Part shown: positions 25,523-33,579 of the stretch, in pieces
Numbering within the stretch: the first letter of the stretch is position 1
Layout of the letters: each line of letters starts with the position of its first letter
IMG/VR virus record: IMGVR_UViG_3300045988_162524
Span: 21,293-85,292 of that record
Source: a virus
Direction: 5' to 3' (one strand)
DNA length: 64,000 nucleotides
Program-made: the position numbers and the translations under genes
The notes under the pieces: generated by a model
Database searches by the model: none
What the model was told of the DNA's origin: nothing
The model's input: only the letters and a program-made list of their open reading frames with translations

Positions 25523-25626
25523 TGGAATGAAAGGGATAGTTGAAGGTAGCTCCTTCAATGAAAGGCTATACTGGTGGGCTTTCCCTTCATTCTTAATCAT
25601 CAGTATCATTTAAAACCAGTATAAAT

Positions 25627-26439
25627 ATGGAAACATATCAGAATTTATCATTAGAAGATTTACCAAATGAAGAATGGAAGGATATAGTTGGATATGAAGG
25701 ACTATATCAGGTGTCTAATTTAGGAAGAGTGAAATCCTTACAACGACAAAGTGCACCTTTTTATACTAAAACAGGACAAATTTCAACTTATACAATAAAC
25801 AATCATATAAGCAAGCAAAGTTTTATCCGTGGATATTTATGCGTTCAATTATCAATAGATAAAGAAAAGAAAATATATAAAGTTCATAGACTTGTTTCAA
25901 ATGCTTTCATTCCAAACCCAAACAAATTTACACAGATTAACCATAAGGATGAAAATAAATGGAATAATTGTGTAGAAAATTTAGAGTGGTGTTCACCTAG
26001 TTATAATAACAATTATGGTACTAGAAATGAAAGAATATCTAAAGCGCAAATTAATAATTCTACTTACAGTAAAAAGATATATCAATTTACTCTTGATGGA
26101 GAATTTATTAAAGAATGGGAATCAATATGTGAAGCTGGAAGAAATGGATATGATAAGAAAGGAATATCCGATATGTGTAATAATGAAAAAGGTGTAAAAA
26201 CAGTAAATGGTTATCTTTGGAAATTTGCAGATGGTGAAATGTCTATTTCTCAATATGTAAATACAGCATTAGTTCCTGTTTTATGTTTTGACTTAGAAAA
26301 TAATTTTATAAAAGAATATAAGTCTATAAAGGATGCTAATATAGAATTAAATATTAGCAGTGGAGCTATTACTACTTGTTGTCAAGGGAAAAGAAAAAGA
26401 GTTAAACAATATAAATTTAAATATAAAAATGGCAGATAA
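25627..26439 (+). CDS. HNH homing endonuclease (NUMOD4 + HNH_3 + two IENR1-like repeats)
   Basis: EEWKDIVGYEGLYQVSNLGRVKS; HRLVSNAFIPNP...INHKDENKWNNCVENLEW. Repeats IYQFTLDGEFIKEW.. and VLCFDLENNFIKEY... Confidence 0.85.
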   Translation: METYQNLSLEDLPNEEWKDIVGYEGLYQVSNLGRVKSLQRQSAPFYTKTGQISTYTINNHISKQSFIRGYLCVQLSIDKEKKIYKVHRLVSNAFIPNPNKFTQINHKDENKWNNCVENLEWCSPSYNNNYGTRNERISKAQINNSTYSKKIYQFTLDGEFIKEWESICEAGRNGYDKKGISDMCNNEKGVKTVNGYLWKFADGEMSISQYVNTALVPVLCFDLENNFIKEYKSIKDANIELNISSGAITTCCQGKRKRVKQYKFKYKNGR

Positions 26440-27319
26440 AAAAGAATTAGCTGTATTGGCTGAAAACATAGTCAGCAGTGTAACAAAAAAAGTTGAAGGA
26501 TTAGAAAAAGTAGGAATGCAATTTGCAAAAGACTTTAATCCTATTAATGCGCTTAGGTCATCTATGCTTATTCTTCAAGACATGAAGGATAAAAATGGTA
26601 AACTAGTATTGGAATCATGTTCAAGTGGCAGTATTGCTCGTGCTTTATTCAATATGTTAAGCAAATCATTAGATGCCAGTAAGGGGCAAATGTATTTTAT
26701 CCCGTATGGTGAAAATCTTACTGCACAAGAATCTTATTTTGGTTCAGTAACAAGAGCTAAAAGAGCCGTGCCTGATTATGTCCCTATCGTGAAGATTATC
26801 CATGAAGGAGATAAATTCATTATGGAAAATGATATTGAAACGGGAGAAACGAAAGTTGCGAAACATGAAACTTCATTCGAAAATTTAGATAAACCAATAA
26901 TTGGAGCATATACTTGGGCTTATTATCCCAACGGGAAAAAAGATTTAGTTGTTATGACTATGGCATCAATCCAAAAATCGTGGGCGAAAAGTTCAAATAG
27001 TGGTGCAGTTTCAAAACAGTTCCCCGAAGAAATGGTAAAAAGGACTATATTGCGAAAGGCTTGTAAAATGATGGTTAATACAGACATTTCTAATGCTTCT
27101 CCCATTAGTTCATTGGAAGAGGATTTAGGAGTAGACTTAAGCCCAACAAAACAACTCGACGCTGAACAAGTAGGTGAGGTTGTAGAATATGAAGAAGTAA
27201 CGGAAACTGTAGATGCGTCCACATTGAATAATAAAGAAGAGCTTAGTGGCGCAAATGCAGGTGACTCGGTAACAACCAAAGAGGAAAAGAAAGAACAAAT
27301 TAAAGAACGTCCGTTTTAA
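26429..27319 (+). CDS. recT: RecT-family single-strand annealing protein
   Basis: MADKKELAV...; GQMYFIPYGENLTAQESYFGSVTRAKR core. Start at ATG 26429 overlaps the HNH stop. Confidence 0.75.
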   Translation: MADKKELAVLAENIVSSVTKKVEGLEKVGMQFAKDFNPINALRSSMLILQDMKDKNGKLVLESCSSGSIARALFNMLSKSLDASKGQMYFIPYGENLTAQESYFGSVTRAKRAVPDYVPIVKIIHEGDKFIMENDIETGETKVAKHETSFENLDKPIIGAYTWAYYPNGKKDLVVMTMASIQKSWAKSSNSGAVSKQFPEEMVKRTILRKACKMMVNTDISNASPISSLEEDLGVDLSPTKQLDAEQVGEVVEYEEVTETVDASTLNNKEELSGANAGDSVTTKEEKKEQIKERPF

Positions 27320-27414
27320 TCATGGATGATGAATATGAAATAGATTCTTCATGGGAAGAAATGTATCCTAATTGGATAGATGATGGAGCAGATATTTTGT
27401 AAATAAATCAACTT

Positions 27415-27460
27415 AGTCCCATTTTGTTTAGGTAGTAATACCTATTCGGATGGGACTTTT
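27415..27460 (+). terminator. terminator-like composite hairpin after recT
   Basis: AGTCCCAT 27415-27422 pairs with ATGGGACT 27450-27457. Inner TAGGTA/TACCTA stem has a GTAA loop; followed by TTTT. Confidence 0.55.
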
Positions 27461-27506
27461 AAATTTGGCAGTTAGATGACACTGACACCGTATAACAAAA
27501 AGTTAT

Positions 27507-27530
27507 AGCTCGGAGAATCCGGGCTTTTTT
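27507..27530 (+). terminator. intrinsic terminator
   Basis: AGCTCGGA-GAA-TCCGGGCT stem followed by T6. Confidence 0.6.
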
Positions 27531-27554
27531 ATAAACAATTAAAAAATAAACATT

Positions 27555-27722
27555 ATGGAAAAGAAAATTGCAGGAAGCGTAAAGATTAACATTTCAGACC
27601 AAATGGCAGCTAATAGATTAAAAGCGTTAGAAATAGCTCTTACACTAACAGAACATACAGATTGGAATCCTATTTCATTTGAAAAAGATATTTATGAAAA
27701 GGCAGAAGAAATATTAAAATAG
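27555..27722 (+). CDS. small protein (55 aa)
   Basis: Own translation MEKKIAGSVKINISDQMAANRLKALEIALTLTEHTDWNPISFEKDIYEKAEEILK. Confidence 0.35.
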   Translation: MEKKIAGSVKINISDQMAANRLKALEIALTLTEHTDWNPISFEKDIYEKAEEILK

Positions 27723-27726
27723 GCTT

Positions 27727-28449
27727 ATGGCATATCTGAAAATAGCGGGAAGTAGCAGTAAAGGCAATAGCTATATTCTTGAATGTAATAATGAAATCCT
27801 TTTAATTGAAGCGGGTATATCTTTTAAAAACAAGATACTTCCGGCTATAAATTGGAAAGGGGGTAAGGTGGTTGGCTGTTTAGTCAGCCACCGATGAAGT
27901 CATTCAGACCATTCTTTAGATATTCCTAATTTAATATTAAGAGCAATATCCGTTTATTCAAATAAGGAAACAAAGTCTATATTTCCTGACGTAGTTGAAC
28001 TTTCTATTAAAACTAAATATCGTATTGGAGGTTTTGAAGTACAATGTCTTGAAGTTCCTCATAATGCACAATGTTATTCATATATAATAGATTGTCCTGA
28101 TGGAATGAGAGTCTTGTTTATAACTGATTGTTCTTATTTTAAATATAAAGTGAAAGATGTAAATGTTTTAATGATTGAAACTAATTATAGTAATGATGTG
28201 ATTGTAAATAATGCGATACATGATGAATGGTCGTCTAGTGCATCTGAAAATCACTTATCATTGGAACAGGCTATCGAAGTTATTAAAAGACATAAATCTC
28301 GTAATTTAAAGACAGTCATAGGGCTTCATCTAAGTAATCAAAATAGCGATGAAAAAAAGTTTGGTGAGAGAATATTTGAAGAGACAGGATTTAGAGCTAT
28401 ATTTGCAGATAGCGGTATCACTGTAGAACTAAAAAAGGAGGAATTTTAA
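27727..28449 (+). pseudogene. MBL-fold metallo-hydrolase interrupted by one in-frame TGA (27895-27897)
   Basis: Own translation: MAYLKIAGSSSKGNSYILECNNEILLIEAG...CLVSHR*SHSDHSLD...EVPHNA...LHLSNQN. A single frame (mod 3 = 1) runs from 27727 to 28449. Confidence 0.7.
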
Positions 28450-28668
28450 ATGGCGAATCCTAATTACTTTAAACTTAGAGACTATCTACAATCTTTAATA
28501 GATATGACGATAGAAGCGGAGAATAAAAATCCTATATACTATTATTTCCCTATTGATTCTAGGGATTTAGCAAAGAATATGGAATTAATAAAAAATGGGT
28601 ATAATAAGGATATATTACCTGTTAATTTATTATGGCAAATAATGGATAAAAAGAAAAATGAAGAATGA
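28450..28668 (+). CDS. hypothetical protein (72 aa)
   Basis: ORF track. Confidence 0.5.
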   Translation: MANPNYFKLRDYLQSLIDMTIEAENKNPIYYYFPIDSRDLAKNMELIKNGYNKDILPVNLLWQIMDKKKNEE

Positions 28669-29209
28669 TAATAATAATGTTATGGAGAATAAATGTTACA
28701 TAGGGATAGACCCCGGTGCTTTGGGTTATCTTGCGATACAAGTAAATGGAGAATGGACTCACATGAGTTTAAAGGATAATGATTTTTACCAAATATCAGA
28801 TATGCTTGAATATCTAAAGTCTAAATATCCAAACATAGTAGCAGGACTTGAATGTGTTCATGCTATATTTGGTAGTAGTGCAAAAGCGACATTCTCTTTT
28901 GGAGAGATATATGGGAAATTACAAGCTTTGCTTATAGCTCATAAAATACCTTATCATTTGATTGCTCCCAAAACATGGCAGGGAAGCCTTTGGCAAAACA
29001 GTGATATGGTAATAACATATAAGAAAGTAAAACTCAAAAATAAAGAGATTAACAAGAAAGAAGTGAATACTAAAGCAACATCAATCAATGCCGCAAAACG
29101 TCTTTTCCCTGAATTGGATTTTAGACGAACCGATAGATGTAGTAATATTGATGATAACAAAGTAGATGCGACTTTAATTTGTGAATATTTAAGGAGGAAA
29201 AACTTATGA
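28658..29209 (+). CDS. RuvC-like Holliday junction resolvase
   Basis: CYIGIDPGALGYLAI (first catalytic Asp context); C-terminal DDNKVDATLICEYL. Confidence 0.6.
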   Translation: MKNDNNNVMENKCYIGIDPGALGYLAIQVNGEWTHMSLKDNDFYQISDMLEYLKSKYPNIVAGLECVHAIFGSSAKATFSFGEIYGKLQALLIAHKIPYHLIAPKTWQGSLWQNSDMVITYKKVKLKNKEINKKEVNTKATSINAAKRLFPELDFRRTDRCSNIDDNKVDATLICEYLRRKNL

Positions 29210-29370
29210 TGATAGATACTGACAAATGGGTTACTATTGACACATACGCTTTTTTAAAAGGGATTAAGCGTAGATGGGTTTATGATCTTATAAAAAAAGG
29301 TAAGGTGCAAACAATCAAGTTATGGGGGAAACAATTAATATACATAGGAGATGAAAATAAACAAAACTAG
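29206..29370 (+). CDS. small HTH protein (54 aa, excisionase-like)
   Basis: Own translation MMIDTDKWVTIDTYAFLKGIKRRWVYDLIKKGKVQTIKLWGKQLIYIGDENKQN; ATGA overlap with the upstream stop. Confidence 0.4.
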   Translation: MMIDTDKWVTIDTYAFLKGIKRRWVYDLIKKGKVQTIKLWGKQLIYIGDENKQN

Positions 29371-29482
29371 ATACTTCTTATTCCCTTACATGGCTGTGAA
29401 ATATGGAATATATGTGTATGGGAGACAACTATTCACTGTTACAGGCGATCTGTCTATACGGGAAGTTGAACACTATATATAA
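29351..29482 (+). CDS. small protein (43 aa)
   Basis: Own translation MKINKTRYFLFPYMAVKYGIYVYGRQLFTVTGDLSIREVEHYI. Confidence 0.25.
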   Translation: MKINKTRYFLFPYMAVKYGIYVYGRQLFTVTGDLSIREVEHYI

Positions 29483-29527
29483 AGGACAAAAAAATGTGAT
29501 AATGTGATAATTACAGGTATCTTTGAA

Positions 29528-29683
29528 ATGTCAGAAGATGATTATTTAGCCAAGCATTTACTTCAAGAATTTATCAATAACGTTGTAGCCGACTTGTTTG
29601 CAGATATGCTCCTTCAACCAAAAGGAAGAGGACATATCAATTCGGAAGAAATAAAAGATATTATTAACCAGTTAAAGATGTAG
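29528..29683 (+). CDS. small protein (51 aa)
   Basis: Own translation MSEDDYLAKHLLQEFINNVVADLFADMLLQPKGRGHINSEEIKDIINQLKM. Confidence 0.3.
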   Translation: MSEDDYLAKHLLQEFINNVVADLFADMLLQPKGRGHINSEEIKDIINQLKM

Positions 29684-29687
29684 TTTT

Positions 29688-29885
29688 ATGACAATAAGTA
29701 CAAAATATGATATTGGAGATATGGTTTGGTTTATGCATGACAATATATGTGTATTAAAGAAAGTTGAAAATATAAATATCGATGTATGCCACATGTATAT
29801 TCAATACATGTTTGATGGAAATGATATATGGCTATCTGAAAAGCATTTGTTTTCTACAAAAGAGGAACTTCTAAAATCGTTATAA
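29688..29885 (+). CDS. hypothetical protein (65 aa)
   Basis: ORF track. Confidence 0.5.
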   Translation: MTISTKYDIGDMVWFMHDNICVLKKVENINIDVCHMYIQYMFDGNDIWLSEKHLFSTKEELLKSL

Positions 29886-29889
29886 CAAT

Positions 29890-30504
29890 ATGAAAACAGA
29901 TAGGAGTAATTGGGGAGTAAGATGGGGAGAAGCCTTATATAGGATAGAAATTGTTATGCTTATCATAGAAAGTTTTAAATATTATCAAGAAGTAGAAACT
30001 AAAAAGGCTTCAATGAAATATCTTAAATACTCAAAAGATTATAAATCATGCGAACAAGCGGCAGACATGATAAGAATGTTATTTAACAGAGATGTAAATC
30101 CTAGCGAATTAATGCACACAGAGGATGATATATCTAATTCTTTAATTGATAGTTATATAAAACTACAAGATTCCCTAAGATACTTCCCAAGTCCTCGTTA
30201 TCCTTATGAAAAAGAAGATATATTATCTGTTTTAGCTTATTTATATCATCATAATTATTGGCTAAGAATGAAATGCTATGATTACAATATATTCTCATGT
30301 AAAGTATTTGATGTATTTCAGGGAAAAAGAATGATTCACAGCAGAGGAGTAAAATGGTTAATTAACGAAAGCAGTGAATATTGTTTATGGAATGGTAAAA
30401 CGAGACATGTTGATACGATGGCATTTAGATCTACTTTTAGAAAAATAGAAAAAGCTTTTAATGAGATAATAGAAAAACGAAGGAAAAGAAAGGAGAAAAA
30501 ATGA
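29890..30504 (+). CDS. hypothetical protein (204 aa)
   Basis: ORF track. Confidence 0.6.
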   Translation: MKTDRSNWGVRWGEALYRIEIVMLIIESFKYYQEVETKKASMKYLKYSKDYKSCEQAADMIRMLFNRDVNPSELMHTEDDISNSLIDSYIKLQDSLRYFPSPRYPYEKEDILSVLAYLYHHNYWLRMKCYDYNIFSCKVFDVFQGKRMIHSRGVKWLINESSEYCLWNGKTRHVDTMAFRSTFRKIEKAFNEIIEKRRKRKEKK

Positions 30505-30941
30505 CGGAACAAGAATTAATAAACTATACTTTATCCTTAATTCCCAAAGAAGAAAAAGATAGAGTATTCAGACAAGAATGTTGTGGTATAGATAATAGTT
30601 TTATTGGTTTTTTAGAACCATATTATTATCTATCCAAAATAATACCAAAGAACTATACTGTATTCGATTTCGGAGCAGCTTACAATCCTCAATGCTATTT
30701 CTTCACTGAACATAAGAAATACATAGCTATATCTCCTATAGAAATAGATGGGAAAGAAATGTTTAAAGCTCCTAATTGCGATATATATAGATGTACAACA
30801 GGAGAATTCTTAAATAAATACTACATGGGAGGGGGAAGGATGTTTGCTATTGTAAACAATGTGCCAAATTGGTATGGAGAAAACTCGATGGAGTTAGTTA
30901 AGAAAATTTTCAATAATTGTTATACTTTTTACGTAGAATGA
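30501..30941 (+). CDS. hypothetical protein (146 aa)
   Basis: ORF track. VFDFGAAYN is only weakly reminiscent of a SAM-binding motif and is not called. Confidence 0.55.
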   Translation: MTEQELINYTLSLIPKEEKDRVFRQECCGIDNSFIGFLEPYYYLSKIIPKNYTVFDFGAAYNPQCYFFTEHKKYIAISPIEIDGKEMFKAPNCDIYRCTTGEFLNKYYMGGGRMFAIVNNVPNWYGENSMELVKKIFNNCYTFYVE

Positions 30942-31219
30942 TGACAATAGGAAACTTTTTGGCATTCATTATAGGACTGTTTATCGGTCGTGTCTTAACT
31001 TATCTTGGAGATAAAACTTATAAGTTCTTAAATAGACCAAAGAAAAAATTAGAGAATAAAGAACCATTAATCTTTGATGGAGTCGATGACTTTGTTAAAT
31101 GCGCAGAAAACTCTCTTAAAGATTATACAGTCATTAAAGGGGATAGTTGGTCGGCAGGGAAAGGACATAGCCATATTATTATTCTTGAAAATAAAGAAAA
31201 TGAAAAAAGAGACGAATAA
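30938..31219 (+). CDS. membrane protein (93 aa)
   Basis: Start set at the ATG forming ATGA with the upstream stop. N-terminal TM IGNFLAFIIGLFIGRVLTYL. Confidence 0.5.
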   Translation: MMTIGNFLAFIIGLFIGRVLTYLGDKTYKFLNRPKKKLENKEPLIFDGVDDFVKCAENSLKDYTVIKGDSWSAGKGHSHIIILENKENEKRDE

Positions 31220-31244
31220 ATTTGGTAGTATGAAATATTATTCG

Positions 31245-31261
31245 GATATTTGCCGATGTAT
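31245..31261 (+). promoter_or_regulatory. second copy of the promoter-like 17-mer GATATTTGCCGATGTAT
   Basis: Identical to 13947-13963. TTTG at 31221-31224 could serve as a -33 element. Confidence 0.4.
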
Positions 31262-31738
31262 CAAGGAAATGAACAGCCTAATACAGACATAAATTGCTTA
31301 TACTATTCAATATATAAGATTAAACTGCATTGTGCTGTTCATCATATTCTAAAGAGAATATGCCCACAATGCGGTTTATTTAGAACAATAAAGCTAAAAG
31401 CCGTGTTAAGAAGAGTCTTGATACGGCTTTATTGTTCTAAACGGCAAGAGGTTTCTTATCTCCACACCTCGAACACGATGCTTCAACATTGAAAATGGGA
31501 TATACTCAATAACGACATATTGTTTGCGTGTTTAAAATCCTATGAGACCCAAGCCTGTCAAAACTAGGTGCTGCATCAGCGTTTACAATATGAACGAAAT
31601 AAATAAAGTCTTCTACGGGTTAGAAGCAGCAGAGACGGAAGTGCGTTTATTGGGTGTAGGAGTTTGAAGGCTCTGAACTTCTTTGTTTATTCAGTGCAAA
31701 AAGATGCGCTGTATAGATGCAGAGAATAAAGGCTTACT
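31262..31738 (+). ncRNA. candidate structured non-coding RNA locus (about 0.45 kb)
   Basis: No credible ORF. Two adjacent long hairpins (31322-31377 and 31379-31441) plus several shorter ones; visibly higher G+C than the flanks. Confidence 0.35.
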
Positions 31739-32443
31739 ATGCTTATAACTAAAATAATCATTATGGAAATAAAATCATTGATAAATAAAGTAGAGCCAGA
31801 GGAAGTACCAATGAAGCCTAACCAAATATTGCTAGTAAGTGTTTATCAGGTAATGGCTCTAAATGAAATGTGCAACTGTTGCGTTTTGGATATCGAACCC
31901 TCAATTAAAAATAAAGATAAAGAAACCAAGAAACTATTTTATGCCGCAAAGAAAAGGGTAAATTGGTATCAAAAGGAAGTTAATAACCTGACCATTTCCA
32001 GTGGAACAGTTTATGTAGACTTTAACGATAGTTTAGACCTTTACACAAAGCCACTTTTACTTAAATATCAACAGGCATTGGAGAATTATCTATCTACAAT
32101 AAAAGGTGTCGAAAATCCCTATTTTGCATCATTGGTAGAAGTTGCTCGCTCAATGACTAAACTTTCTATCACCGAAATATCAAATAGAATAAAAGAATGT
32201 ATTAAATTTGCGGAAGATTCGATTGCTCTAAGACATTATAAGCAGAAAGAATTATTGGATATTATAAACAATCTTGTAAAGTGGGTGTTTAGAAAAGCGG
32301 AAGATATAAACTATAATGATAGCCCTGAATGTGTAGAAGCATATAAGAATCTAGTAGACGCATATCAAAACCCAAACATTATTGGTGAATGTATTATTAA
32401 AGCTCAACAAATAAACGATAAAGAAGATGAAAGTAAAATTTAA
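31739..32443 (+). CDS. hypothetical protein (234 aa; alternative start 31763)
   Basis: ORF track. Confidence 0.6.
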   Translation: MLITKIIIMEIKSLINKVEPEEVPMKPNQILLVSVYQVMALNEMCNCCVLDIEPSIKNKDKETKKLFYAAKKRVNWYQKEVNNLTISSGTVYVDFNDSLDLYTKPLLLKYQQALENYLSTIKGVENPYFASLVEVARSMTKLSITEISNRIKECIKFAEDSIALRHYKQKELLDIINNLVKWVFRKAEDINYNDSPECVEAYKNLVDAYQNPNIIGECIIKAQQINDKEDESKI

Positions 32444-32885
32444 GAAAACGCATCCAGATGCAAAGGTTCCAGTAAAACATTACGATGACGATTTTTGTTA
32501 TGACCTATATGCTACTTCATGCGAAGAGATAGCACCAAATGTGTATAAGTACGGACTGGGATTAGCTTTCCAAATAGATGAAGACTATATTAAGGCTATG
32601 CGGAAAGGCGGATATGTATTATCCATTGATATAAGACCAAGAAGCAGTATTTGGAAGACAGGGATGATTATGACTAACTCTGTCGGTACAGTGGATGAAG
32701 GTTATACTAATGAGATATGCGCTATTTTCTATCACGTATTAACAAATTTACAACGATATTCAGTAGGGGATAGAGTAGCCCAGTTGAAGATTGGGTTAAC
32801 TCCTAAAATAGACTTTGTAGAAGTTGAAAAGCTAAATGAAAAAGAAAGAGGTTTAAACGGAATAGGTAGTACAGGGAGGAAATAG
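32427..32885 (+). CDS. dut: dUTP diphosphatase
   Basis: CYDLYA, RPRSS, GTVDEGYTNEI, and a C-terminal Gly-rich tail: dUTPase motifs. Confidence 0.8.
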   Translation: MKVKFKKTHPDAKVPVKHYDDDFCYDLYATSCEEIAPNVYKYGLGLAFQIDEDYIKAMRKGGYVLSIDIRPRSSIWKTGMIMTNSVGTVDEGYTNEICAIFYHVLTNLQRYSVGDRVAQLKIGLTPKIDFVEVEKLNEKERGLNGIGSTGRK

Positions 32886-32887
32886 AT

Positions 32888-33349
32888 ATGGGATTTATTC
32901 AAAAAGCTTTTTTAAGAGCAAACAACAAGAAAATATTAGATAAACTAAAGGAACTTGGTTATCATATTTGTCCTTGCTGCTATTTCTATAGAGCCGTATG
33001 GCTTAATATATGTATTCCTACCCAATCTATTCATGGCGTTGGTTATCCTGATGAGTGTTACAATCTTTCATTAGAGGACGAATTGAAACGTTTTTTATCA
33101 GAAAGGGAAGAAAATGATATTGATTGCGGTGAAAATGAAAACTTATTCTATTTTATTGCTGCACTCCGAGATGATACCGATGACAGACAAGTCTTTACTA
33201 ACAATAAAGGAGATTGGGGTATATATCATGATAACGAATTAGAAGGAGGATTATCAGGAATCGAATTTATGTATCTACCCAAAGATAATGATACAGATAA
33301 TTATCATAAGGCTAGTGTTGAAGAATTAAAATTGTTGTTTAAAAAATGA
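32888..33349 (+). CDS. hypothetical protein (153 aa), paralog of 19695..20150
   Basis: See 19695..20150. Confidence 0.6.
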   Translation: MGFIQKAFLRANNKKILDKLKELGYHICPCCYFYRAVWLNICIPTQSIHGVGYPDECYNLSLEDELKRFLSEREENDIDCGENENLFYFIAALRDDTDDRQVFTNNKGDWGIYHDNELEGGLSGIEFMYLPKDNDTDNYHKASVEELKLLFKK

Positions 33350-33567
33350 GTAATACAGGACATAAATGGATCTACCGCAGAATAATACCTCGTCTTAAAA
33401 ACCCGATAAGGTATAAGGTTCGTGTATATTACGGTGCTAAAAGTATTGATGTCGGCATGTTTAGAACATTAGAAGATGCTCTGAAAAGACGTAATCAATA
33501 TATCAAAGATAATAATATAAGCGAACTTGCATTGAAGAAATATAATAGGCACTTAGATACAACTTAA
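33346..33567 (+). CDS. stand-alone AP2-like DNA-binding domain protein (73 aa)
   Basis: IRYKVRVYYGAKSIDVGMFRTLEDALKRRNQY resembles the AP2 domains at the C-termini of the two large HNH-AP2 genes. Confidence 0.5.
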   Translation: MSNTGHKWIYRRIIPRLKNPIRYKVRVYYGAKSIDVGMFRTLEDALKRRNQYIKDNNISELALKKYNRHLDTT

Positions 33568-33579
33568 CACATAATTGAC

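Noticed and set aside
27895-27897. Genome-wide TGA recoding (code 4-like) as the explanation for the in-frame TGA in the MBL gene
   Set aside because: TGA clearly terminates other genes, for example at the ATGA overlaps 16023-16026, 29206-29209 and 30938-30941. This is the only in-frame TGA I found in a confident gene.
31250-31492. 80-aa plus-strand ORF after the second 17-mer
   Set aside because: It runs directly through two 13-21-bp hairpins and has an implausible Cys/His/Arg-rich sequence. The region is treated as non-coding RNA instead.
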